A stretch of DNA of 32,000 nt, from contig NC_017039.1 of assembly GCF_000284455.1 (NCBI RefSeq), positions 840,001 through 872,000 on the forward strand, written 5' to 3'. The position numbers were made by a program, and so were the translations under genes. Below the pieces are notes generated by a model. It did no database searches and had not been told where the DNA came from. It saw nothing but the letters and a program-made list of their open reading frames with translations. This document shows positions 9,272 to 17,812 of this stretch, one piece after another. Positions within the stretch are counted from its first letter, which is position 1. Every line of letters starts with the position of its first letter. The stretch is from Synechocystis sp. PCC 6803 substr. PCC-P (lineage in GTDB: Bacteria > Cyanobacteriota > Cyanobacteriia > Cyanobacteriales > Microcystaceae).

Positions 9272-10003
9272 TTGGACGATAATCTTTTACCTTTGCTCTC
9301 AGGTTCTGCCCAGTTAAAACTTTTGCAATTGGTCAGCCCGACCCTGCCGGTGGGAGCCTACAACTATTCCGAAGGCTTAGAATGGTTGATAGAACGGGGA
9401 AATATTACTAATGCTGATACCTTAGGAGCGTGGATTACCCAGGAGTTATGCCGGGGGTCCATTACGGTGGACACAGCCATTATGGTTCGAGCCCATCGGC
9501 TTGCCGGCCAAATGCCCAAGACTGATATTTTACCCAGCCCCACTCTCAAACATTTATCCTATTGGAATCAATGGTTAACAGCCACTAGGGAAAGTCGGGA
9601 ATTAAGAGAGCAAAGCTTGCAAATGGGAGGTTCCCTGCGAAAACTGTTGTTGGATTTAGAGCCTACTGTGCAATCTTGGTTTGAGCCAATTCCCCCCACG
9701 GAACCCTGTAACTACGCGATCGCCTTTGGATTAGGGGCGGCTTTTTGGGGCATTGATCTCCATCAAAGTGGGTTGGGCTATCTCCACAGTTGGGCTAATA
9801 ACCTAATTTCGGCGGGGTTAAGACTGATTCCGTTGGGGCAAACCGCAGGTCAAAAATTGTTATTGCATTTAACACCCACCATTTTGCATCAATGGCAGCA
9901 AATTTTATTGCTGGGGGATGATGATTTGTACAGTTGTAGTTGGGGGTTAGCCCTAGCCAGCATGGGCCATGAAAGTCAATACACTAGATTATTCCGGAGT
10001 TAG
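9272..10003 (+). CDS. ureF: Urease accessory protein UreF
   Basis: LLQLVSPTLPVGAYNYSEGLEWLIERG and HLAGQMPKTD; C-terminal LGHLAS-like SWGLALASMGHESQYTRLFRS. TTG start as in the track. Confidence 0.9.
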   Translation: MDDNLLPLLSGSAQLKLLQLVSPTLPVGAYNYSEGLEWLIERGNITNADTLGAWITQELCRGSITVDTAIMVRAHRLAGQMPKTDILPSPTLKHLSYWNQWLTATRESRELREQSLQMGGSLRKLLLDLEPTVQSWFEPIPPTEPCNYAIAFGLGAAFWGIDLHQSGLGYLHSWANNLISAGLRLIPLGQTAGQKLLLHLTPTILHQWQQILLLGDDDLYSCSWGLALASMGHESQYTRLFRS

Positions 10004-10158
10004 CTATGGATAAGTAGTAGACAAATAATTGTCTATGCAAAGCATTGTGAGATTACATGGGGAGTTATAGCCAATTAGACCTAGATATATCCCTTTGCAC
10101 AAAGTACCGGCTCCTATGTAATGCTGGTGATAGCCTAATTAGTCTATTACCTCATCCT

Positions 10159-10800
10159 ATGACTGCTACTGTTACAGCCCAAGAAGCCTTCCGAGCCGCC
10201 TATGAAAACCGCTACACCTGGGACGAAAATTTTCCCGGTTATCGGGCCCATCTCACCGTCACCCAAGGGGATGAACGCTACGAAGGGGAAGTGGAGGTGA
10301 AGGCGGACTACACTGTCACCGTGACTGGTTTTAGTGACGAGACGGTACAGGAAAGCGTTTATAACCAAATGCGGGACATTGTTACCCACCGCAAACAAGG
10401 GAATTTTGAAAAGTCCCACGGCAAAAATGAGTTTAGCTTTGGGGAAACCGATGCTTCCGGGGCGATCGCCATTGATGTGAAGGGAGATGCCATGGGGTCG
10501 AACTATAAAATCCGGGGCACGGAAATTTGTCAGGTCAGTCGGGTGATGGGGCCGGTGGCTTTCACCATCAACACCGAAGAAAGTTTGGATACTGGTTCCG
10601 GCTACATTGCCATCAAATATAATGCCATTTTTAAAGACCCTAAAACTGATACCCTCAAAGGCAAACGGGACTTCACCGAAACCTATGGGGAATTGGGGGG
10701 CTATTACCTACCCACTCAACAAACCGTAGAGGCGATCGCCGCTGGGGGAGAAAAAATCTTCACCGATTTTAGCTTCACTAATCTAGAACTTTTGGCATAG
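10159..10800 (+). CDS. Conserved cyanobacterial protein, DUF3386-like
   Basis: Track ORF 10057..10800; ATG at 10159 gives MTATVTAQEAFRAAYENRYTWDENFPGYRAHLTVTQG...; family assignment from memory. Confidence 0.65.
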   Translation: MTATVTAQEAFRAAYENRYTWDENFPGYRAHLTVTQGDERYEGEVEVKADYTVTVTGFSDETVQESVYNQMRDIVTHRKQGNFEKSHGKNEFSFGETDASGAIAIDVKGDAMGSNYKIRGTEICQVSRVMGPVAFTINTEESLDTGSGYIAIKYNAIFKDPKTDTLKGKRDFTETYGELGGYYLPTQQTVEAIAAGGEKIFTDFSFTNLELLA

Positions 10801-10811
10801 GTGACGACGTT

Positions 10812-11840
10812 TTGTCTAGCTTAGTAACTCCATTGGGATCAACTTCTGCCCCCACCATTGTGGTGGAAAATTTGAGCAAGGTTTATCCCATTGCCCTCAA
10901 ATCCCCTGGTCTGAAGGGAACATTGCAACATTTTTGGCAGAGACGTTACCGCCAAATTTTGGCAGTGCAAGATATCTCCTTTACCATTCCCCCTGGGGCG
11001 ATGGTGGGCTTCCTCGGTGCCAATGGAGCCGGCAAAACCACCACATTGAAGATGCTCACGGGGCTAATTAAACCCTCGGGGGGAAAAGTGCGGGTGGCGG
11101 GCTTTGATCCCTTCCGTCGGCAGACAGCTTTTTTAAGGCGCACTAGTTTAGTAATGGGGCAAAAACAACAGTTAATCTGGGATTTGCCCACCCTGGATTC
11201 CCTGCGCATCAATGGGGCGATTTACGAAATTCCCGACCAAGTCTTTGAACAACGGCTGGGAGAATTGAGCGAAATGCTCGATTTAACCACAGAATTAAAA
11301 CAACCGGTGCGTAAACTTTCCCTGGGGCAAAGGATGAAGGCGGAATTGTTAGCCGCTCTGCTCCACCACCCCACCGTTTTATTTTTGGATGAACCCACCT
11401 TGGGACTGGATGTTAATGCCCAAGTGGCGGTGCGGCGGTTTTTGCAGGAGTACAATCGGCGTTACCAAGCCACAGTGTTATTGACTAGTCATTACATGGC
11501 AGATATCACCACCCTTTGTGAGCGAGTGCTATTGATTCACCAAGGACAGTTGATGTATGACGGTGATCTGGAAGCTCTGGTGGAACGATTTTCCCCTTAC
11601 CGACAAGTGGCGGTGGAATTATCTGCCCCCATACCTTTGGAAAAATTACAGCTCTATGGCGAAGTGGAGAGTGTGGAGGGTCTACTGGTGCGCTTTTTGC
11701 TAAAACGGGAAAGCCTCACCACGGCGATCGCCAAACTGTTAGCGGAGTTGCCAGTATCGGATTTAAGCGTATCTGACCCCCCCATTGAAGAAATCATTGG
11801 CCGTCTATTTTCCCAGGGCAATTTGGATAATAAACTTTGA
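10812..11840 (+). CDS. ABC transporter ATP-binding protein (ABC-2 type exporter ATPase-like)
   Basis: Walker A GANGAGKTT, signature LSLGQRMKAEL, Walker B VLFLDEPTLGLD. TTG start uncertain; GTG around 10860 is an alternative. Confidence 0.9.
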   Translation: MSSLVTPLGSTSAPTIVVENLSKVYPIALKSPGLKGTLQHFWQRRYRQILAVQDISFTIPPGAMVGFLGANGAGKTTTLKMLTGLIKPSGGKVRVAGFDPFRRQTAFLRRTSLVMGQKQQLIWDLPTLDSLRINGAIYEIPDQVFEQRLGELSEMLDLTTELKQPVRKLSLGQRMKAELLAALLHHPTVLFLDEPTLGLDVNAQVAVRRFLQEYNRRYQATVLLTSHYMADITTLCERVLLIHQGQLMYDGDLEALVERFSPYRQVAVELSAPIPLEKLQLYGEVESVEGLLVRFLLKRESLTTAIAKLLAELPVSDLSVSDPPIEEIIGRLFSQGNLDNKL

Positions 11841-11971
11841 TCGGTGTTAGAGAGAGTTACACAATTTCTCGGACTATTCCAAGTGGGGAGGAAAATTAGA
11901 GACCGGAGAGAGCTTCAAATAGATAATGATATGGCATGATAGAAAATATTGGGTAATGAGATTTTGCAAAG

Positions 11972-12397
11972 ATGTCTACACACTGTCACTGTCCTCAATG
12001 TGGTCATGGGAATGTTGTCAAAAATGGCTTTGTCAAGGATAAGCAACGATTCAAGTGTAAGAGTTGCCAATATCAATTCACCAATCTCTCCAAGGAAAGA
12101 GGTAAACCTCTCTGGATGAAACTAGAAGCGGTCTTACTGTACATGAGTGGTATGTCAATGAATGCCACAGCAAAACTCTTGGGAGTTTCCACTCAGTCAG
12201 TGCTCAACTGGATTAGGGATTTTGGCGAAGCAAACTACGAGAAACCGGCTCCAGACTCAGCAATCGTAGTGGAATTAGACGAACTGTGGCATTTTCTCCA
12301 GGCAAAAAAAACAAGTTATGGCTCTGGAAAGCATATGACCGTGTTACTGGGAGACTCATCGACTGGGAACTGGGAAATCGTGATAGTCAAACCCTAA
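11972..12397 (+). CDS. IS1-like transposase frame A (zinc-finger InsA-like N-terminus)
   Basis: CPQCGHGNVVKNGFVKDKQRFKCKSCQYQFT and LLGVSTQSVLNWIRDFG, then ELDELWHFLQAKK before the slippery run. Confidence 0.88.
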   Translation: MSTHCHCPQCGHGNVVKNGFVKDKQRFKCKSCQYQFTNLSKERGKPLWMKLEAVLLYMSGMSMNATAKLLGVSTQSVLNWIRDFGEANYEKPAPDSAIVVELDELWHFLQAKKTSYGSGKHMTVLLGDSSTGNWEIVIVKP

Positions 12398-12702
12398 GTC
12401 GTTTGCTAGAGAGACTGGCAAAGTGGAAAGTGACAGTGTACTGCACCGATGACTGGAGGCCCTATCAACAACTGCTGGATGAACATCCCGATGCGTTTCA
12501 TGGGATTAGCAAAAGAGAAACAGTAGGAATTGAGAGAAACAACTCAGATAACCGCCATTGGTTTGCTAGATTTCATCGCCGCATGAAAGTTGTCTCCAGG
12601 TCAGCCCACATGATTGATATCACCATGGCAATATTTGCCAAATTCAGGGTCAATGGTAACACAGAACCACTGCGGGACTGGCGCCTCTCATTACTCTCTT
12701 GA
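12286..12702 (+). CDS. IS1-like transposase frame B (catalytic C-terminal part, expressed as fusion)
   Basis: KNKLWLWKAYDRVTGRLIDWELGNRD...TVYCTDDW...ERNNSDNRHWFARFHRRMKVVSRS; continues frame A after a -1 shift at 12304..12311. Confidence 0.88.
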   Translation: MAFSPGKKNKLWLWKAYDRVTGRLIDWELGNRDSQTLSRLLERLAKWKVTVYCTDDWRPYQQLLDEHPDAFHGISKRETVGIERNNSDNRHWFARFHRRMKVVSRSAHMIDITMAIFAKFRVNGNTEPLRDWRLSLLS

Positions 12703-12724
12703 AACTCTCAACCATAGAGCCCAT

Positions 12725-13153
12725 TTATAAAGTGGTAGAAGTAGCAGAAAGACGACGCAACATAATGCGAGTCATCACGGCATAAATAGCCGCTTCGCTC
12801 ATTTCTGGTAGATGCTCATAATCCTTACTCAAACGACGATACCAGTTCAACCAACCGAACGTCCTCTCGACAATCCATCTTTTTGGTAAGACCTCAAAAG
12901 ACTTCCCTGAACGACTAATCACCTGGACTTTGGCTTGAATTAAGAGCCAGATGGCTAACCCAAAGGTATCACCTCGATAACCCTGGTCTACTAACATGCT
13001 CTTGACAGACTCGAGGAGTTGAGTTCCTTCTTCAAGCAAACTCATCAGAGCATAAGCTGTGACGATGCGTTCACTTGCATTTGCTTCGGTCACTATCACT
13101 TTTAAGACTAAGCCCAGACTATCGACGATTAGATGACGCTTTCGTCCTTTCAC
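12725..13153 (-). CDS. IS5-like transposase frame B (C-terminal DDE part)
   Basis: KGRKRHLIVDSLGLVLKVIVTEANASER...VDQGYRG...RWIVERTFGWLNWYRRLSKDYEHLP. Confidence 0.88.
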   Translation of the reverse strand: MKGRKRHLIVDSLGLVLKVIVTEANASERIVTAYALMSLLEEGTQLLESVKSMLVDQGYRGDTFGLAIWLLIQAKVQVISRSGKSFEVLPKRWIVERTFGWLNWYRRLSKDYEHLPEMSEAAIYAVMTRIMLRRLSATSTTL

Positions 13154-13536
13154 CTTCTTACCTCCGTCAAAACCGTAGACTTCCCCCTTTTTTCGGTGGT
13201 TTTTACCGATTGACTATCTGCCGCTATCACGCTGGGCTCAAGGCTCTTGCCACTCTGGAGGCGGCATTGCTCCAACAGCCTTAGATTGAGCCTTTCCCAC
13301 ACGCCATGACGTTGCCATTTACGGTAATAGCTATAGACCGTGCTACTAGGAGGAAAGTCATGGGGTAACATTGCCCATTGACAACCCGTTTTTAGTTGGT
13401 AGTAAATACCATTACAAACCGCTCGCATATCTGTGGTTCGTGGGTGTCCTCCGGGCTTTGCGGGAGGAATCATTGGTTCAAGTATTGCCCATTCTGCATC
13501 GCTCAGGTCTGTTTCATAGGCTGTCAGACTTTTCAT
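13150..13536 (-). CDS. IS5-like transposase frame A (N-terminal part)
   Basis: YETDLSDAEWAILEPMIPPAKPGGHPRTTDMRAVCNGIYYQLKTGCQWAMLPHDFPPSSTVYSYYRKWQRHGVWE. Confidence 0.88.
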   Translation of the reverse strand: MKSLTAYETDLSDAEWAILEPMIPPAKPGGHPRTTDMRAVCNGIYYQLKTGCQWAMLPHDFPPSSTVYSYYRKWQRHGVWERLNLRLLEQCRLQSGKSLEPSVIAADSQSVKTTEKRGKSTVLTEVRR

Positions 13537-13681
13537 GCTCTTTGTCTCCTTCTGCTCTTACTCTTAGTTTTCCTTTTTTTCTTCTCCTACTTGCTATCCA
13601 TTACAAGACTTTATAAATGAGCTCATAGCAGCCCGCAAAAAAAATAATCCCCGCCCGGAGAAGGGAAGGGATACTGACTAG

Positions 13682-13701
13682 CTAGAAATATCTAGAAATA
13701 T
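13682..13701. repeat. 10-bp perfect tandem repeat x2 (CTAGAAATAT)
   Basis: CTAGAAATAT at 13682..13691 and 13692..13701, between the IS5-like element and rpoC2. Confidence 0.9.
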
Positions 13702-13751
13702 AAAAATAGGGATGCTGAACGTCCGCAAGCTCGGGGCATAGGAGATTACCC

Positions 13752-16700
13752 TTAATCCTCATCATCCCCAAAATCGTCATCGTCATCCATATCGAAATCA
13801 TCCTCATCGGTGTCGTAGGTTTCTTCAAACTCTTCGTCATCCTGACTGAGTTGAGTGCCGGCATAGGCCCGGGCCCTAGTGTCGTCCAAAAGGTCGTCAT
13901 CGGCTTCAACTTTTTTAGTTTTCACCTTGGTGGCGCTAGCCTTTTTCTTCGTCGTTGGTAATTCAATTGGCTCAATCATATAGCCTTGAATATCGTCCTG
14001 GGTTTCAATCAATCCCAACACTTCCTCATGGCTACTGAAGCCAGTACCCGCAGGAATAAGACGACCAATGATCACGTTCTCCTTCAGGCCCCGTAACCAA
14101 TCGGACTTGCCTTCGATTGCCGCTTCGGTAAGCACCCGAGTGGTTTCTTGGAAGGAAGCCGCACTGATGAAACTATCGGTATTCAAAGAAGCTTTGGTGA
14201 TACCAAGCAATACAGGAGTATAGCGGGCCGGAGCACTACCAGTGATGCCCATGGCTTCATTAACCTGTTCCACTTGGCGTAATTCCACCAATTCCCCTGG
14301 GAGCATGGTGGTGTCTCCCCCATCATCAATGCGGACTTTGGCGGTCATCTGCCGCACAATTACCTCAATGTGTTTGTCAGAAATATCCACCCCTTGGGAT
14401 TGATAAACCGTTTGCACTTCATTGACGAGGAATTTTTGCGCCGCTTGCAGTCCTCTCAGGGCCGCTTGGTAACAACCGTCCTTGTCCACGTAGTAGCTGA
14501 AGAACACATCCAAAATTTCGTGGGGATTGTTGTAGCCATCGGTGAGGGCGTGGCCTACGTCAATGCGTTGTCCGTCGGTGACCATGGCGTTTTGTCCCGG
14601 TAACAGGGGATATTCGCTCACGGTGCCGTCGTCTTCCACCACTTTGATGTCGACACTCTCATCTTCCAGGTATTCCACCTGACAGACCCCAGGGGCCCGG
14701 GCCAGGACGCAGGCTTCTTTAGGTTTACGGGCTTCCAACAGTTCTTCAATCCGGGGTAAACCCTGGACGATATCCCCGGTTTTAGCCCGCTCAAACACCA
14801 GCAGCACGAGGTTATCCCCCCGTTGCACCAGGTCGCCGTCTTCGATGTGGAGCACTGCCCCAGGGGAAACCCGATAGGGTCGGGCTCGGCGTAACACTAA
14901 CTGATAGTTGTCCCCTTTGCCGTTGATTTCCAGGACTTTGCCGGACTCCTCCAGTTTGACCCCGGGCACCAATTCCTGCCCTGCCACCAAGAGTTGTCCT
15001 GGTTTGACTTCCGGGGCACTTGGCAGATCCACCACCAGGCGATCTGCTGCCCGTTCCAGTAACACCCGGCGGATGGATTCCTGTCCTTCCTTGATACCCC
15101 GCACAGTGCCCGCTTCCTTACATTGAATTTCGGTACGAGCCACCACCGCTCCGGGGGGAATTTGGTCGCCATCTTGCACCAGTAAGCGGGTTTTGGAGGC
15201 TCCGCCGAGGGGATCGGATTCCTGGTCCCGGCGTAGTACCAAAGATTCTAAAATCACCAACTGTAAGCGCTGGCAATCTTCCTCTTCGTCGTCCTGGAGT
15301 TCAATATCGGCGGAAAGGTGGGAAATACCTTCGTTACCACTGCCATAAATTTCCAACACCAATTGGGTGCTGAGCAGGGGGGCCCCTTCGACGGATTTAA
15401 CCCGATCGCCGTCTTTATAGAATAGACGTTGCACTGAGCGCAATTCAATCTGGCGGCCCCCTTCTTCGTTTTGGGAACCCTGGGAGGGGGCGGCGGGCTC
15501 ATCAAATACTTTGTACTCTTCCACGGGGCGTAGCAGCAAACCATTGCCTTCGGGACTTTCAATCCATTCGGCCTGGCTGAGGGTGCTAACGGTAACACCG
15601 GGGAAAACATCCTGCCCTGGTTGCAGCAACTGGCCGCTTTCAATTTTCACCGAACCGGGGTCCACATCTTGGTAGAAGTCACCGGGTTTGATAATAATTT
15701 CCCGCAGAATATCGTTTTTCTGCACCACTTCAACGATGCCGCTGGATTGGCAGAAAATGTCCTTGACCACTTCCGTGCCCGCTTCCACATACTGGCCATC
15801 TTCCACAATTAACAGGGAAATATCTTTGTTAATTTCGTGGGTTTCTTCGGGAATCCAGAGCAGGGTACCCCCTTTAGTGACTTCATAGCCTTGTTTGCGG
15901 CCGCCCTTAGCCACTTCCACGCCGGCATAGCGAATCATGCCCCCGGTGGTGGTACGGTAACGGTCGTCGATTAATTCCGCCACAATGCTGTGGTTCTGCA
16001 CTTTGGTACCGGGAGCGGCTTTGAGCAGGAAGCGTTGCTTATCGGCCGTGTAGATAACGTATTGTTCCCGGCCGCCACTACTTTCCAGCTTGACCTGGGC
16101 TTGATCTAACAGCACAGAGGCGGTGATGATTTCAATTTCCCGGTTACTCACAAGGCGCACCACCCCACCGTCGTTGGTGACCAGCTTGGTTTCGGCCATG
16201 ATGCTGCCTACTTCCACCTGCTCGTCATTTTTCACCACGGGTTCTGCCCCAGGCGGTAAGTTATATACTTCCCCGGAAAGGATCCAGACTAGACCACCCC
16301 GTTGGGCGATGCGGGTGGTGTTCCCCTGACGGTCAGTTTTTTCCTCCGGCACCAGGCGATCGAACAGCACTTCTCCGGCCAGATCCCCAGCTACGTCCTT
16401 GGTGGCCCGCTCCGTGGAACGTTGGGTTTTGGAGAGGGAAATTTCCGTCATCAACTGCCCCGCTGTCACCGTCTGTCCATCCTGCACAAACAGTAGGGAA
16501 CCGGGGGTGAGGGAGTAGGTTTGGGTGGCAGCTTTTTTGCCTTCCCCTTTCCAGATTAAATCCCCGGCAATTTCCACCTGCTCCGCATCTTCCCCGTGGC
16601 GGGTACGGACTTTACGGGTGCTTAAACCTTTACCCCATTTGACGGTGCCGTCTTCGGGCGCTTTCTCTTGGCGGGCCACTTCCCCGGTGAATACCCCCCC

Positions 16701-17705
16701 AGTGTGGAAAGTCCGCATGGTCAACTGGGTGCCGGGTTCCCCGATCGATTGGGCGGCGATAATGCCTACCGCTTCCCCTAGGTCAACTTTGTGACCATGG
16801 GCCAAGCTCCAGCCGTAGCAGTTTTGGCACACGGACCGGGCCGCTTCACAGGTCAACGGCGATCGTACATAAACCTCATCGGTGACGGCGGCAATGCGGT
16901 TTGCCAAGGCTTCGTCAATTTCATCGTTCCGTTTGGCAATAATTTCTCCGTCCGGGCCCACCACATCCTTAGCCAGCAAACGACCAAACAGGCGATCGGC
17001 CAAGCTGATTTTTACCTGGTCCCCATCGGTCATGGCGGTGACCCGTAGACTGCGCTCGGTGCCACAATCCTGTTCCCGCACAATTACGTCCTGGGAAACG
17101 TCCACCAAACGCCGGGTGAGGTAACCAGAATCCGCCGTCCGCAGAGCCGTGTCCACCAGACCCTTGCGGGCACCATAGGAAGAAATTACATACTCAGTAA
17201 CCGTCAGTCCTTCCCGGAAATTGGTTTTAATGGGCAAGTCGATAATTTCCCCCTGGGGATCCGCCATCAAGCCCCGCATCCCCACCAATTGCCGCACCTG
17301 GCTCATGTTCCCCCGGGCACCGGAGAAAGCCATCATATAGACGGAGTTGAGAGGATCGGTTTTGCGGAAGTTAACCACCACCTGATCCTTCAACTCCTCC
17401 GAAGTACCGTTCCAGGTATCAATTACCTTTTGGAACCGTTCTACCTCGGTGATTTCCCCCCGAGCATAGCGTTCCTCCGTGGTGCGAATTTCCTTTTCCG
17501 CCGCCTCCAGCATTTGCTTTTTCTCTGGAGGAATAGTTAGGTCATCTACACTAATGGAAACCCCCGCTTTGGTGGCAAAACGAAACCCCAGTTCCTTCAG
17601 TTCATCAGCCAACTGTGAACAGCGGGCAGAACCGTAACGACGGTAGGCAAGGGCAATGAGTTTTTTCAGGCGGCCTTTGTCGATGGTGTAGTTATAAAAC
17701 GTCAT
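13752..17705 (-). CDS. rpoC2: DNA-directed RNA polymerase subunit beta'' (RpoC2)
   Basis: 1317 aa; [25 protein letters not shown]..., [62 protein letters not shown]. Confidence 0.98.
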   Translation of the reverse strand: MTFYNYTIDKGRLKKLIALAYRRYGSARCSQLADELKELGFRFATKAGVSISVDDLTIPPEKKQMLEAAEKEIRTTEERYARGEITEVERFQKVIDTWNGTSEELKDQVVVNFRKTDPLNSVYMMAFSGARGNMSQVRQLVGMRGLMADPQGEIIDLPIKTNFREGLTVTEYVISSYGARKGLVDTALRTADSGYLTRRLVDVSQDVIVREQDCGTERSLRVTAMTDGDQVKISLADRLFGRLLAKDVVGPDGEIIAKRNDEIDEALANRIAAVTDEVYVRSPLTCEAARSVCQNCYGWSLAHGHKVDLGEAVGIIAAQSIGEPGTQLTMRTFHTGGVFTGEVARQEKAPEDGTVKWGKGLSTRKVRTRHGEDAEQVEIAGDLIWKGEGKKAATQTYSLTPGSLLFVQDGQTVTAGQLMTEISLSKTQRSTERATKDVAGDLAGEVLFDRLVPEEKTDRQGNTTRIAQRGGLVWILSGEVYNLPPGAEPVVKNDEQVEVGSIMAETKLVTNDGGVVRLVSNREIEIITASVLLDQAQVKLESSGGREQYVIYTADKQRFLLKAAPGTKVQNHSIVAELIDDRYRTTTGGMIRYAGVEVAKGGRKQGYEVTKGGTLLWIPEETHEINKDISLLIVEDGQYVEAGTEVVKDIFCQSSGIVEVVQKNDILREIIIKPGDFYQDVDPGSVKIESGQLLQPGQDVFPGVTVSTLSQAEWIESPEGNGLLLRPVEEYKVFDEPAAPSQGSQNEEGGRQIELRSVQRLFYKDGDRVKSVEGAPLLSTQLVLEIYGSGNEGISHLSADIELQDDEEEDCQRLQLVILESLVLRRDQESDPLGGASKTRLLVQDGDQIPPGAVVARTEIQCKEAGTVRGIKEGQESIRRVLLERAADRLVVDLPSAPEVKPGQLLVAGQELVPGVKLEESGKVLEINGKGDNYQLVLRRARPYRVSPGAVLHIEDGDLVQRGDNLVLLVFERAKTGDIVQGLPRIEELLEARKPKEACVLARAPGVCQVEYLEDESVDIKVVEDDGTVSEYPLLPGQNAMVTDGQRIDVGHALTDGYNNPHEILDVFFSYYVDKDGCYQAALRGLQAAQKFLVNEVQTVYQSQGVDISDKHIEVIVRQMTAKVRIDDGGDTTMLPGELVELRQVEQVNEAMGITGSAPARYTPVLLGITKASLNTDSFISAASFQETTRVLTEAAIEGKSDWLRGLKENVIIGRLIPAGTGFSSHEEVLGLIETQDDIQGYMIEPIELPTTKKKASATKVKTKKVEADDDLLDDTRARAYAGTQLSQDDEEFEETYDTDEDDFDMDDDDDFGDDED

Positions 17706-17812
17706 AACGCTCCAAGATTGAGATTAGGGGGCAAGGCAATTAAGGGGGCAGGAGGATTAGACCCTAGGCGATCGCCATCCTCCTGAAAAACTAACGGGAA
17801 AAATGGTTGGGA

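Larger units (their letters stand above)
11843..12713 (+). mobile_element. IS1-family-like insertion sequence (ends approximate)
   Basis: Two transposase frames joined by an A8 slippery run. Possible, weakly matching ends GGTGTTAGAGAGAGTT (11843) and AACTCTCAACC (ends 12713); no target duplication seen. Confidence 0.6.
12717..13624 (-). mobile_element. IS5-family-like insertion sequence, 908 bp
   Basis: Terminal inverted repeats GAGCCCATTTATAAAGT (12717..12733) and ACTTTATAAATGAGCTC (13608..13624), 16/17 matching; flanked by a possible ATA duplication (12714..12716, 13625..13627); encodes an IS5-type transposase in two frames. Confidence 0.88.

Noticed and set aside
12717-13624. Possible single-repeat CRISPR or novel repeat unit from the paired terminal repeats
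   Set aside because: The two copies are inverted, flank a transposase and explain themselves as IS ends; no array of regularly spaced repeats exists anywhere in the window.
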